Source: a virus (lineage: Duplodnaviria > Heunggongvirae > Uroviricota > Caudoviricetes). From it: 64,000 nucleotides of DNA. Numbering within the stretch: the stretch's first letter is position 1; the number at the start of each line of letters is the position of its first letter. A program made the position numbers and the translations under genes. Location of the stretch: IMG/VR virus record IMGVR_UViG_3300046492_000163, positions 1-64,000 of that record. One strand, 5' to 3'. This document shows positions 54,055 through 63,950 of the stretch, in pieces. The notes under the pieces were generated by a model. The model did not search any database and was not told the origin of the DNA. It saw nothing but the letters and a program-made list of their open reading frames with translations.

Positions 54055-54617
54055 ATCATTACTCGCTCTCGATCATCTCGCACAGCTAGGTTGTAGCGGT
54101 TGATGTTGTAACGCTCTGCGATCTTCCAGGCCGTGCGGGTTCCACCCTCTGGTACACCGTGGATATCAGGGATTGCCCAACAGATAAGCCAGCTACTGTA
54201 GCTCTCTGGCGCCATGTCCGGCCCCAAGACCTGGTAGACGTTCCGTGCATGCATTTCACGGGCAAGTTGATCGCACTTGTGCCACGCTGGGTGAACTTCA
54301 GAGGCGAGTTGCACGGCCTCCGCGTAATTGCTGTACTTCTGTGCGTTGTACAGGCCCTTACTTGGGTCATGACACCGCCCATCCCGAAGTCTATTCCGGT
54401 GAATGAAGATTTCTTTGTTATTGTTGTCTTGCACGCCTGATTCGAAGTAAGTATCGGCGCCTCTCGCGGCACCAGAGCGGAGAATAAACCCTGCCCTTTC
54501 GAGGTGAAACCCTAACTTCATCATCATCAGCCCAATCTCTGCTGGGCACTCTCGGCTTCCAATGCCTGCGTAGTACATTAATCTTGTACCCTCGTTGGGT
54601 ATTCTAAGATGTGGCAC
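54027..54617 (-). CDS. SLOG-superfamily (DprA/Smf-like Rossmann) protein
   Basis: YAGIGSR...LRSGAARGAD resembles the DprA/LOG nucleotide-binding signature. Confidence 0.5.
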   Translation of the reverse strand: MPHLRIPNEGTRLMYYAGIGSRECPAEIGLMMMKLGFHLERAGFILRSGAARGADTYFESGVQDNNNKEIFIHRNRLRDGRCHDPSKGLYNAQKYSNYAEAVQLASEVHPAWHKCDQLAREMHARNVYQVLGPDMAPESYSSWLICWAIPDIHGVPEGGTRTAWKIAERYNINRYNLAVRDDRERVMIWLASRTAR

Positions 54618-54781
54618 TGCCCCACCCCATCAACAAACCCAACACCAAACCCGCCCTGGATAATTTCAAACGTTTTAATATAGTCGGCTAGGCCATCTAT
54701 CGTTTTGAAGAACCGCTGGGTAACTTGCGGGGGAATCACTTCCCCCTCTAGGCCTTCCTGTTGATTTACAACTTCTTCCAT
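54578..54781 (-). CDS. hypothetical protein
   Basis: 67 aa. Confidence 0.4.
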   Translation of the reverse strand: MEEVVNQQEGLEGEVIPPQVTQRFFKTIDGLADYIKTFEIIQGGFGVGFVDGVGQCHILEYPTRVQD

Positions 54782-54788
54782 GTATTCC

Positions 54789-55460
54789 TCATTGAATCTG
54801 AACTAAAGTTAGAAACCCGCCAGTAAACCCTGAACCAGTGTCCACGTAGGTGACGTTACCGAGGGTTGTTGGCTGATCTACGCAAGAGTGCCCTACATAG
54901 ACGTGATGTATCCCTTCTACTATCCGCGTGGTCCCGCGTGAGAGGCGAGTTCTTGACCACATGGCTACCGCATCAAAGTATTCTTTGTTGTCAGCGTACA
55001 AGGCTTTGAAGTCATTCCAGTTGCACCATGGAACTTCGGCATGGACGATCCCGATCAAACCGCGATCCGTCTCTACTTCGATTGCAAGGGGAAGGTCGTC
55101 AAAGACCAGGGCGATGCATTGCTGCTCTACGGTAGGAAGGCCGTAGAACCACGTTCCGCCATTCTGGCAGTGATTGCCAGCAGCGTTAGGATAGTCGGGG
55201 TTTAGTGCATCGATGAGCATCTGTTCGTGATTGCCTTTGATGGCATGGAACCAGTGTTCGTTCATCACGTAGTACACAGCGTCATCACTTTCCGGGCCTC
55301 TATCAACTAGATCGCCCGTCGAGAAGAGCCGGTCGTAGCGTTGGTCGAAGGCTACTGCCTCCAAGGCTTCTTCCAACTTGGTGAAACACCCGTGGATGTC
55401 ACCTACAACAAAATCTCTACCGTACTTGTTTAGTTCGTACCGCTTGAATATCTCGGACAC
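54789..55460 (-). CDS. Ser/Thr protein phosphatase (lambda-PPase-type metallophosphoesterase)
   Basis: GDIHG ... GDLVDRG ... GNHE motifs. Confidence 0.8.
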   Translation of the reverse strand: MSEIFKRYELNKYGRDFVVGDIHGCFTKLEEALEAVAFDQRYDRLFSTGDLVDRGPESDDAVYYVMNEHWFHAIKGNHEQMLIDALNPDYPNAAGNHCQNGGTWFYGLPTVEQQCIALVFDDLPLAIEVETDRGLIGIVHAEVPWCNWNDFKALYADNKEYFDAVAMWSRTRLSRGTTRIVEGIHHVYVGHSCVDQPTTLGNVTYVDTGSGFTGGFLTLVQIQ

Positions 55461-55532
55461 TTTGCGTGCTCTTTCTGGTGGGGCCGAGTGTAAGAGAAAA
55501 CCCTCACACCTGTCAACCCGAATCGTGAACGT

Positions 55533-55558
55533 AAAAAAGCCCCGCTCCAGGCGGGGCG
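55533..55558 (-). terminator. intrinsic terminator downstream of nrdB (minus strand)
   Basis: minus-strand GCCCCGCC-tgga-GCGGGGC + TTTTTT. Confidence 0.6.
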
Positions 55559-55681
55559 TTGTGCCTCATCCTTGAGGCTTGAACTGTGCGGTCTTGGCTT
55601 TCCAGAGGGTATCAACCCACCAGCGAGCCATCAACGCATCTTTCATGTAGAAACACCATTCAACCGCGTCAAGAGGCGTCA

Positions 55682-56713
55682 TCATGCTGCACCCGGCAGC
55701 ATATGCAAGTAGCGGTTATAATTAACTTCACCCGGCAACTTCCTGTGAACGTAATCCGTTACTTTCTTCTCAAAGAAGTTAGAATGCTTGTTAGCACCCA
55801 GCAACCATTCCATCCATGGGAGCGGATTCACCGGCACTTCAGACAACTGGACATATCCCAACTGGAACAAGCGAAGTTGACAGAGATAATCGATGTAGCC
55901 TTTCATCTCTTCCAGAGTCAGGCCTTCTGCACCGCCCATCTCAAACACAAGTTCAAGATACCTATGCTCTGCTAGGCGGAAACGATCAACGAAACGGCGA
56001 GTAACGTACTCCAGAGCCATACGCTCAACCTCAGTCAGGTCGAGTCGCATCTCTTTAACAGTGTTGATGTTGTAGATTACGTGTTCTGACTCATCCTTCA
56101 GGCTCCATTCATTGATGTCATTAAAACCATTCATGATGCCGTTGCGTTTCTGATTCAACAGAGTACCGAAGGCGCCGAACAGGCCGACACCCTCCCCTAG
56201 GAGAATCTGTGTCAACTTGATAGTTGCACGGAGTTCATCACGGGCACCAACTGGTACAACGTCCTCGGCCATGATATCCAGCTTATCAACCATTTCTTTA
56301 TACTCAGCGAACGCAGTCCAATCTGAGTTACTAAAGCCGAAAGTCTCTGCCGCAAGAGCATATGCTGTCTGGTGTGTTACTTCCCGACTCGCGAATCGCA
56401 GCATCATGTTGCGAATCTCGTTATTCCGGATGTATGGCAACACCTCGGTATAGCCAGCACCTACGGTACGATCCATCTCTGTAAACAAACAGAGGGTTTT
56501 ATCCAAGATGGCTTTGTTCTGTTCGTGCGATACCGTGGCAGTTTTCATACCCTCTTTAGAGTAATACTGCTGGATATCATCTTGCAGGTTGATCTGCTTT
56601 GTTGACCAGTACATATCAATCTCGTGCCGCTGTGCAGCCTCAACGGCCCAAGGGTAAGTAAACGGACGATACGATGCACTTTCTTTAAATACGCTCACTA
56701 TTAACCCTCGCAC
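55682..56713 (-). CDS. nrdB: ribonucleotide reductase class I small subunit (R2)
   Basis: two E..H iron-ligand motifs (EVTH, ESEH), EGVGLFGAF motif; immediately downstream of nrdA-like gene. Confidence 0.8.
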   Translation of the reverse strand: MRGLIVSVFKESASYRPFTYPWAVEAAQRHEIDMYWSTKQINLQDDIQQYYSKEGMKTATVSHEQNKAILDKTLCLFTEMDRTVGAGYTEVLPYIRNNEIRNMMLRFASREVTHQTAYALAAETFGFSNSDWTAFAEYKEMVDKLDIMAEDVVPVGARDELRATIKLTQILLGEGVGLFGAFGTLLNQKRNGIMNGFNDINEWSLKDESEHVIYNINTVKEMRLDLTEVERMALEYVTRRFVDRFRLAEHRYLELVFEMGGAEGLTLEEMKGYIDYLCQLRLFQLGYVQLSEVPVNPLPWMEWLLGANKHSNFFEKKVTDYVHRKLPGEVNYNRYLHMLPGAA

Positions 56714-58563
56714 GCAAGACAGTTCGTCTCTTCGTACTCAACTTTCTTAATTACCGGGACTGCGTTCAATGGTTTCCCACCACCAGTACCAATATCAGCT
56801 TTGGAAGTTCCTTCTGCTCGGCAGTAGTACAGCGTTGGAACACCGCCGTACCAAGCTTTCATGGAGATATCCGACATCTGTTCGTTAGTTACATCCTTGG
56901 AGACTTTGATGTTCAAGCTTGTGGCCTGGCAGATATACGGCGTCCGTGCAATGGCTTGCTCAACGATCCACATTGGATCTGTCTCTTTGAACGTCTTGAA
57001 TACCTTCTTCTCGTGCTCAGACAAGAAGTCCAGGTGCTGTACTGATCCGTCGTTCTGCTCAATCGACTTCCACACCTCTTCGGTGTCTTTCTCGATTGCC
57101 TGAAGCACCGTTTGAAGGTGCGTATTCTTGATCAGGAAGGCCCCTGCACGCCCGTCAGCGACGAAACAGTTATCCGCCCAAGGCTCGATGCTCGGACTTG
57201 CTCCAACCAGGCTAGAACTCGATGCGTTCGGTGCAATGGCGAACAGGTGGCTGTTTCGCATACCACTACCACGGCAATCCGGTGCTTCACCACGCTCAAG
57301 AGCAAGTTGCAGGCTGGACTTAATGCCACGCTCACGGAGTTGCTTGTAGATCATGTGCGTGTGTTGAATAGCCGAGTTAAAACCACCGCTTTCAAACGGG
57401 ATCATCTTACTTTGCAAGTAAGAGTGCCAACCCAGAGTACCAAGACCCAAGGCACGCTCTTTACGGGCAGAGTAAACAGCCTTCTTCAGCTCTGGTGGTG
57501 CCAAGCGAATGAAGTATTCCAACACGTTGTCGAGATAACGAATCAAGTCCTCAACAATCGTCGTGTCCTTCCACTCTTCGTACTTCTCAAGGTTCAGTGA
57601 GGACAAGCAACATACCGCAGTACGCTTCTCAGAGGTCCACAACAGAATCTCACTGCACAAGTTGGATTGACCAACATAGTAATGCGGATTACGAATCCAA
57701 CCAGGACGCTTACGGTTCGCAGTGTCGCGGAACAGGATATAAGGCTCGCCAGTTTCAAAACGCATCTGGTGAATCTCTTCCCAGACAGTGCGTGCGTCCA
57801 GGAAGCGGCCTGTACCACCGTGCTTCGGATCAACTAGTTCGTATTGCTCGCCCTTAATAACAGCGTGCATGAACTTATCGGTGATAGTCACCGCGTTATT
57901 CAGATTGAAGCACTTCTTATTCTGATCACCACCCACCGGGTCGCGCATCTGAATAAACTGCATAATCTCTGGGTGATCGATATCCAAGTACGCGGCAATA
58001 CTGCCACGGCGGGATTCTTTCTGTTTGAACGCCAGAGTATCGGCATCGTAGCCAGCCATGTGAGCCATAACACCGGTTGATTTCTCATCCGGGGCACGGT
58101 TAGCCGCCCATACACCAACACCACCGCCCAGCATTGAGAGCCATTCAGTCTCACTGCGGGTTTCAACGAGAGATGCTTTATCGTCTGAAATTTTAGTCAG
58201 GAAGCAACTGATCGGCATGCCATCTGGCGTGACGTTCTTCTGTAACCAGTCCCCAGCCTTTTCAAACTCATTTGGACCGAACTTGGGCCAGTTAACTTCT
58301 ACGGCGTTGGAAAGAACCGGGCTTGCGTTCGTGTACCAGCCCTTCGAAGCATATTCGTAAATCCGCTGAGCGAATTCATAGTCACCGAAAGAGTAACAGG
58401 TAGCTGCTCGTGCGAATCCTTCCTGCGGACTAGTTTCCCAGTCCCGCTTATAAAACCCCTTGCGGGTAAGCATTGCGAGCCCCTGCTCTGGCAGAGACGC
58501 ATCACGCGAGAGGTCGATTTGCACCCCGAGGTGCTGCTTTACGTAGTCTTCCGTGACAATCAC
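56701..58563 (-). CDS. nrdA: ribonucleotide reductase large subunit (catalytic core, no ATP-cone)
   Basis: 620 aa; SNLCSEI catalytic motif; C-terminal Cys pair (CLACEG). Confidence 0.8.
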   Translation of the reverse strand: MIVTEDYVKQHLGVQIDLSRDASLPEQGLAMLTRKGFYKRDWETSPQEGFARAATCYSFGDYEFAQRIYEYASKGWYTNASPVLSNAVEVNWPKFGPNEFEKAGDWLQKNVTPDGMPISCFLTKISDDKASLVETRSETEWLSMLGGGVGVWAANRAPDEKSTGVMAHMAGYDADTLAFKQKESRRGSIAAYLDIDHPEIMQFIQMRDPVGGDQNKKCFNLNNAVTITDKFMHAVIKGEQYELVDPKHGGTGRFLDARTVWEEIHQMRFETGEPYILFRDTANRKRPGWIRNPHYYVGQSNLCSEILLWTSEKRTAVCCLSSLNLEKYEEWKDTTIVEDLIRYLDNVLEYFIRLAPPELKKAVYSARKERALGLGTLGWHSYLQSKMIPFESGGFNSAIQHTHMIYKQLRERGIKSSLQLALERGEAPDCRGSGMRNSHLFAIAPNASSSSLVGASPSIEPWADNCFVADGRAGAFLIKNTHLQTVLQAIEKDTEEVWKSIEQNDGSVQHLDFLSEHEKKVFKTFKETDPMWIVEQAIARTPYICQATSLNIKVSKDVTNEQMSDISMKAWYGGVPTLYYCRAEGTSKADIGTGGGKPLNAVPVIKKVEYEETNCLACEG

Positions 58564-58962
58564 TTAAAAACCCCGCTCACTCGATACTTCAGAGTGCATA
58601 CTGCGTAGAGCGAACCGCATACTGCCGTCTTTCGATGAGGCGATAACTGCATTCATTGATGGTGCGCCATTCTTCAGCCAATCGGCATCGAGGCGTTCTG
58701 AACCTTCAAAGCGGTAACACGATACAATCTTGTTCTGTAAGTTACGGTGTTGGATAAATACAATCTCCACCGGCTCTTCGATATCCACCCCATTGTTATA
58801 TAGATGCTGGAGGATAATGGAGTCATGTACAAAGATATGACGCTCCCCCACTTCCTCTACAACTTCATATCCCAGCGGGAAGGCATCGATGCTTGCGGCA
58901 AAGTCTTTCTTAAACTTGTCGATCAAATTCAGATCGCTGACACTTAGTGCGAAATCTACCAC
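58564..58962 (-). CDS. hypothetical protein
   Basis: 132 aa. Confidence 0.45.
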   Translation of the reverse strand: MVDFALSVSDLNLIDKFKKDFAASIDAFPLGYEVVEEVGERHIFVHDSIILQHLYNNGVDIEEPVEIVFIQHRNLQNKIVSCYRFEGSERLDADWLKNGAPSMNAVIASSKDGSMRFALRSMHSEVSSERGF

Positions 58963-58966
58963 TGGA

Positions 58967-59941
58967 CTAACCTTTTCTTACGTTATTTGGGATGAGCTGA
59001 CGATGCTGGATATAGCCGCAGAAGTTTCCGGACCAGAAGTAGTCGTCGCGGTCGAGGTGAGTTACACCGTTCTCCCACTCAACATGATCTTGGGTCCACT
59101 CTGCCGCTGGAATGTTGATGTAACTAAGCGTCTTATCTACGCCTGTTGCATACGTCATTGGTGTAGCTTGATGTTCAAATGGGCTAGCATGTACTGGCTC
59201 GCTATCAACCAAGCGACCATAAATCGTTTGTGCCTTACTAAGGCTCATGTCCAGAGTTCGATAACTCACTTGGGCACAGCAGCTAGAACTAACTGCAAGG
59301 GCTTCCTCAGCCGTGAGGAACTGTGTCTCGTATACATCTTCTGCGATGTACACTTCGGTGAGGTACATGAGGCCAGCCGTACCACGCATGCGGTTCACAT
59401 ATGGTACGTGCCACTCACCAGGGTGGATAATGAACGGTGTACTGTTATCAAGGGCCTGCACCATTGCGTCTGCTAGTGCGTAGATCGTTGGGTCAGCATC
59501 GCCGTGATGACGTAGCCATTCCCAGTTATTGCCTTCGGTGTAAGTCAGTACGACTTTCATCCACTGGTACGGTTCGGTTACACGGTTCGCTACTTGCTTG
59601 TGGGCACCCAAGTTCGCCATGGCTTCCGAGACTTCAGCAGCCGCAAGGGCAGATTCGAACCAGAGGTGCCTTGTAGCTGCCAGTTGAAAGCCGTCCAGCT
59701 CTTCACGGGCCTGCATGCCTGGTTGATTCTTACCCCAGTGTGACGGAAAAGCCGGGTTGTCACGCACCATCTCAACCACTTTCGCAATCGGAATGGCGCG
59801 GCTACTTGCACTGTTACGGCTGAACATCCTATGGGTTAGGAGTTCGGCATGGATTATCCGTGGATATACCAGTTCGAACGTTACAATCTCTTTACCGCTG
59901 ACAGAACACTTACTGCGTTGAACAATAGTTGCTGTAATCAC
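58967..59941 (-). CDS. thyX: flavin-dependent thymidylate synthase ThyX
   Basis: ThyX signature RHR-X7-S: THRMFSRNSASSRAIP. Confidence 0.85.
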   Translation of the reverse strand: MITATIVQRSKCSVSGKEIVTFELVYPRIIHAELLTHRMFSRNSASSRAIPIAKVVEMVRDNPAFPSHWGKNQPGMQAREELDGFQLAATRHLWFESALAAAEVSEAMANLGAHKQVANRVTEPYQWMKVVLTYTEGNNWEWLRHHGDADPTIYALADAMVQALDNSTPFIIHPGEWHVPYVNRMRGTAGLMYLTEVYIAEDVYETQFLTAEEALAVSSSCCAQVSYRTLDMSLSKAQTIYGRLVDSEPVHASPFEHQATPMTYATGVDKTLSYINIPAAEWTQDHVEWENGVTHLDRDDYFWSGNFCGYIQHRQLIPNNVRKG

Positions 59942-60303
59942 GCGACGGCCTTATCAGCACGATCTTGTGCGGCCTTATCGCTGTACTTGAAGCCCTTGTA
60001 ACGCTCTTCTAGTTTGTAGATGTTCTGGCGGATAATGAAATCCCGAGGGAGAGCAAGTTGGTCCCTCATCCCTTCCATGTAGAACTCCAGATCACCTAGT
60101 TCTTCTACAATGTTTGCAAGGTCTGGCTCTTTGTTGTAGATGACGTGCTTCTTGATAGCGTCCAGAAGTTCACCAGCTTCACCGGCAATCCCAATCGCCA
60201 TATGGAGCAAGTGAGCCTTTTCCGGTGTCAGCGAGGCAACGATATCCGCACCCGGTTTAGCCAGGGCGCGAACCATGTCTTCAAAATCGATAATGGTACT
60301 CAC
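59938..60303 (-). CDS. MazG-like nucleotide pyrophosphohydrolase
   Basis: EE.GE...EELGDLEFY all-alpha NTP-PPase motifs. Confidence 0.75.
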   Translation of the reverse strand: MSTIIDFEDMVRALAKPGADIVASLTPEKAHLLHMAIGIAGEAGELLDAIKKHVIYNKEPDLANIVEELGDLEFYMEGMRDQLALPRDFIIRQNIYKLEERYKGFKYSDKAAQDRADKAVA

Positions 60304-60845
60304 CAGTCTGTTGCCTCTTCTTTACGTTCGTAACGCTGTTCCAACTTACCAACGCTGTATTCAATTTTGTTCTTTTCGTAACTTACGGAGTTGCCAGCTT
60401 TACCGGCACCGTTGAATGCACCCCACAAGCGGACCAAACTCTTAAACGCATTACCCGCATCGAAGTCGTCGTTGAAGGCGGCTTCAATGAGTTCTTCCGT
60501 TTTAATGTAGGCACGCCCTTCAATAATGCGGTTGAGTACCCGATCAATAAGCCAGTCTGGTAGGTCGATGTCATAATAAGCGCTGGAACGTCCATCTGAT
60601 GCAATCGCACCGACCGTTTCATCTGTACAAGCAATACCAACATCCTCATCCACTTCATCTTCTACCTGCACCCATGTCCCATCATCGAAGAACTGTGCAA
60701 TCAGGCCCGCTGGATAGCGATGGGAGCGTTCACCATATATGTCGTCCCAGCTAATCAAGTTGCCATCCAGTGTGTAAATCGTCTCGGGATTATTCGGGTT
60801 ATAAAATTTAATAGTCATTTCTTTCTCGCTTACTTGCGGATCCAT
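60300..60845 (-). CDS. hypothetical acidic protein
   Basis: 181 aa. Confidence 0.5.
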   Translation of the reverse strand: MDPQVSEKEMTIKFYNPNNPETIYTLDGNLISWDDIYGERSHRYPAGLIAQFFDDGTWVQVEDEVDEDVGIACTDETVGAIASDGRSSAYYDIDLPDWLIDRVLNRIIEGRAYIKTEELIEAAFNDDFDAGNAFKSLVRLWGAFNGAGKAGNSVSYEKNKIEYSVGKLEQRYERKEEATDW

Positions 60846-60982
60846 CGCCCGTTAGTGTCGAGCAACATCGGCTCAAGAATTGGTTGGCTGTCGATAATCA
60901 AGCCAGTACCAATAACGGGTCGTTTAATATTTACGTTGTTGTAACTGAATGCCAAGGCGTCATCGTCGATGAGACAACCGCA

Positions 60983-61741
60983 CTACATGCCCCAGAACAA
61001 ACCGTTAGGGTTGCCCCAATAGTCGATCCGGAAACCTTCATGGTAGTGCCCTTGAATAGCGTTCATCCCCATTTGCTGACTTAGCTTGATTACATCGCTA
61101 GTCTTGCCGTGGTGGATGTAACACTTCTGTCCATTGGGGAGCGTGATAGTTAGATCGTAACTCCACTTCCAACCTGGACCTACGCCAAGTACATCGTTGT
61201 AACTCTTGATGTAGTGTTTTGGGATGCCGTGAGTCTTTGCTTTACGTAGTACAAGACTACCGTGGTTGGAATCGATCACATCCACGTCAGGGAACATCTC
61301 TTCAACCTTCTGAATGATCGGAAGGCTTTTACGCAGTTCATCGCCTGCACTTGGCAAGTCTGGGTCGCTGTCGTGATAACTTAGAGCGTGCTTGTCCAGT
61401 TCATCACCCAAACAGATAACTCGGGTTGGGCGATACTTGTCCTTGAGGTGTTGCAGGAAATCAAGCAGGTCCGGATGGTTGTACGGGATGTGCATATCCG
61501 AAATCAAAAGGATTCTGGAGTTGTCTTCAGTGCCATCAACTTTCCGTACTGCAAATCTTTCGCTACTGTGCTTCTTCTCAACAACTTCTCGGCTAAATTC
61601 CTTCCGCAAGTAATCGGACACGGTACTCTTCGGTTGATCAAGTTCTGCCGCGATTTGACGCCAAGAGATACCAAGTCGTGCGAGGCCTAGGGCGCTCTCT
61701 TTCCAGAATTCATCCATTGAACTTGGCTCCGAAGTAAGCAT
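60983..61741 (-). CDS. calcineurin-like metallophosphoesterase with N-terminal HTH; ORF may continue past an in-frame TAG to 60833
   Basis: DMHIPYNHPD...GDELD...DSNHG motifs; reading frame stays open for 50 codons after the TAG. Confidence 0.6.
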   Translation of the reverse strand: MLTSEPSSMDEFWKESALGLARLGISWRQIAAELDQPKSTVSDYLRKEFSREVVEKKHSSERFAVRKVDGTEDNSRILLISDMHIPYNHPDLLDFLQHLKDKYRPTRVICLGDELDKHALSYHDSDPDLPSAGDELRKSLPIIQKVEEMFPDVDVIDSNHGSLVLRKAKTHGIPKHYIKSYNDVLGVGPGWKWSYDLTITLPNGQKCYIHHGKTSDVIKLSQQMGMNAIQGHYHEGFRIDYWGNPNGLFWGM

Positions 61742-62024
61742 GTATATCCTCAGAGAGGTTCAAGTCATAGTCGGCATTGCCTAGGCAGGAATAGGCCCGT
61801 GACAGGAGCATTTCAGCAACTTGAAGTTGCTGTGCCTCAACTGGAACAACTTCTACAATCTCGTACACGTCCTGCTCATCGAAGCGAACGCCGCTGCGGT
61901 AAGCGTATTTGTTGGTGAATGCCGCCTTCGCGTGCCCTACCGTCTTCCAGACGCTTTTCTTACCACGGGAAGTGGAGAACTGCTCATGCGTTTCTTTGTG
62001 GCGAATAATGTATTGCTTAGTCAA
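61710..62024 (-). CDS. hypothetical protein
   Basis: 104 aa. Confidence 0.45.
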   Translation of the reverse strand: MTKQYIIRHKETHEQFSTSRGKKSVWKTVGHAKAAFTNKYAYRSGVRFDEQDVYEIVEVVPVEAQQLQVAEMLLSRAYSCLGNADYDLNLSEDIHAYFGAKFNG

Positions 62025-62352
62025 TAGGGTAATCCTTTGGTTTCCAGAGTTTTGCGAAGGTAAGTAGCGGTGGAACTTCGTGCGGAGTCATGGGTAGAAC
62101 TACCAGGCATGAAGGCTGAGCTTCGCAAATAGTGTTCTCGTGTCCTTTCCAACACTGATAACGGGATGCAATCTTGTCGAACTCTTTGCGACCAACACGA
62201 ACTACAACTTTCTTAAACGAGTTCAACAGCCAGTCGTCGTATTCGGGACTTCCTTCGAAGTACCTGTGTGCGTTAATTGCACTGTGGGCCACAAGTGTTG
62301 GCACCATATAGTCTGGAGCATCGTCCAGTACCGCGATGTACATCTTTCTCAT
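62017..62352 (-). CDS. hypothetical protein
   Basis: 111 aa. Confidence 0.45.
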   Translation of the reverse strand: MRKMYIAVLDDAPDYMVPTLVAHSAINAHRYFEGSPEYDDWLLNSFKKVVVRVGRKEFDKIASRYQCWKGHENTICEAQPSCLVVLPMTPHEVPPLLTFAKLWKPKDYPID

Positions 62353-62488
62353 TGGATAGACTCAATCAATCTAGCTTCGAAAATGTGATAGCCGGGAAGG
62401 CGCAGATATGAGAGGCGTTCCGATGCTTCTTTATAGGTGCTGTACTTCTCTACGATGTACATCGCTGGACTGCATACCAGATAACAGA

Positions 62489-63043
62489 TCATTGCTCTTC
62501 CTTTAGCACTTCTTCAACTTGCGTTCTACGTTTGGCAGCACTTGTTGCGGGTTTAACGCCGTGCTCGATGAGGAACTGTTTGTCTTTCTTGGTCTTGCAG
62601 ATTTCGATGGCCTGTTTAATTACAACTGCCTCTTCGAAAGTCAGGCCCATCCGCTCAGCGTAAGATTTGATCTTGTGAGCTTCCTTCTCCACGTACTGCA
62701 TGTTCTCTTTACTTGCACACAAGTGCTGAATGAACGGCAGTACGTCTTCCCATGTTTGCAATGAAACATGCCCATGGATGTGATCAATCTCAGCAGCCGA
62801 TTTACCTACCCACTTCCCTGTGAGGGCACAGTAGTTGCCTGATTTAGCCCTACCGGTGTAACCAGGTGGGGGTGGTTCGCAAAACTGGTTCTTGAACTCC
62901 AGCTTGAGCGGCCACTTCTCCCAGACTGCTCGCCTCAGTGCTCCGCGTAGGAAGGCGAAGAACGCCGCCTGGGTCTTCCAGATATGCGGGGCTTCAATCC
63001 ATGGCTCACTCATTCCAGGCATCGCCAAAGTATCGAGCGGCAT
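62489..63043 (-). CDS. hypothetical protein with possible HNH-like motif (EIDHIHGH); start uncertain
   Basis: start moved to internal Met preceded by AAGTGGG; overlaps FEN gene 3' end. Confidence 0.35.
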   Translation of the reverse strand: MPLDTLAMPGMSEPWIEAPHIWKTQAAFFAFLRGALRRAVWEKWPLKLEFKNQFCEPPPPGYTGRAKSGNYCALTGKWVGKSAAEIDHIHGHVSLQTWEDVLPFIQHLCASKENMQYVEKEAHKIKSYAERMGLTFEEAVVIKQAIEICKTKKDKQFLIEHGVKPATSAAKRRTQVEEVLKEEQ

Positions 63044-63950
63044 CCCACTTATCGTCTTCACTCCGCAATAGATAGAGGAAGAAGGCGTTGTCATCCAGGC
63101 GCTCTTTCCAGTCTTCAGGGTGTGAGCCCCTGTAGCACTCCACAACGCGATTCGCTAGGTCTGCCTCAGTCTTACAGTCAGCTAGCAACTTAATCGCCGT
63201 GGCTGGCCCTACACCGTTCACGCGGATGTTGTATTTCTGCTTCAACTCAGCCGATAGGCCCTCGATCCCCGGAATCTCATCGGCGTTATCGCCGGTGAGG
63301 CACTGGGTCGCGAAGTTATAGCTTTGCGTGAATCCATCGTTCCAGAAGATCCCATCTTCCAGGTGCTTGTAGTTCAACATCCAGCCACGCCCGTTTGCGG
63401 GGATATCCTTATCACAGTAGGCAATGACGTAGTTTGCTTCGTCCTTGTCGAGGTACTTCAGGCTCTTGTTGTAACTAATCCAAGACCGCATAACTACTTC
63501 GTCGTCAGTTTCCCGGTCCACTGCCATCAGAAGGTTGTGCCGATACTTAGAACGAACGAACTCTTTGCATTGGTGGAACAGCAGCGGCTTCTCTGGTCGC
63601 GATCCCTTGTAGTTAACAAACTTGGATTCGCGTTCCATCCGGAAATTGCCTGGGCCTTCCATGATGATCAGGAAGTCATCGCATTTGCCAGCAGTGACAA
63701 TGTTTGACAGCTTCTGATCGATGGTGCTGAAAGCATGGCTGGCTTCACCAGTCAGCTCAGACTTAACCCTGAAGTCGAAGTCCTCTTTCGTCCAGCGGTC
63801 TTGGCCTTTAACCCAATTATTGAACTCTGTCTTCGACTCCCACAACTTCTCCCGGCCAGACTCTCTGTGAATGGCAATACATCGGTTCGTTTGTTGTTGT
63901 GCGGCTGAAGAGTAGAGAACCGTGTCAAAATCTATGACTAGTGTTCTCAC
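63006..63950 (-). CDS. 5'-3' exonuclease / flap endonuclease (T5 D15 / Pol I 5'-nuclease family)
   Basis: VIDFDTVLY N-terminus; GDNADEIPGIEGL... VGPATAIKLL H3TH motif. Confidence 0.8.
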   Translation of the reverse strand: MRTLVIDFDTVLYSSAAQQQTNRCIAIHRESGREKLWESKTEFNNWVKGQDRWTKEDFDFRVKSELTGEASHAFSTIDQKLSNIVTAGKCDDFLIIMEGPGNFRMERESKFVNYKGSRPEKPLLFHQCKEFVRSKYRHNLLMAVDRETDDEVVMRSWISYNKSLKYLDKDEANYVIAYCDKDIPANGRGWMLNYKHLEDGIFWNDGFTQSYNFATQCLTGDNADEIPGIEGLSAELKQKYNIRVNGVGPATAIKLLADCKTEADLANRVVECYRGSHPEDWKERLDDNAFFLYLLRSEDDKWDAARYFGDAWNE

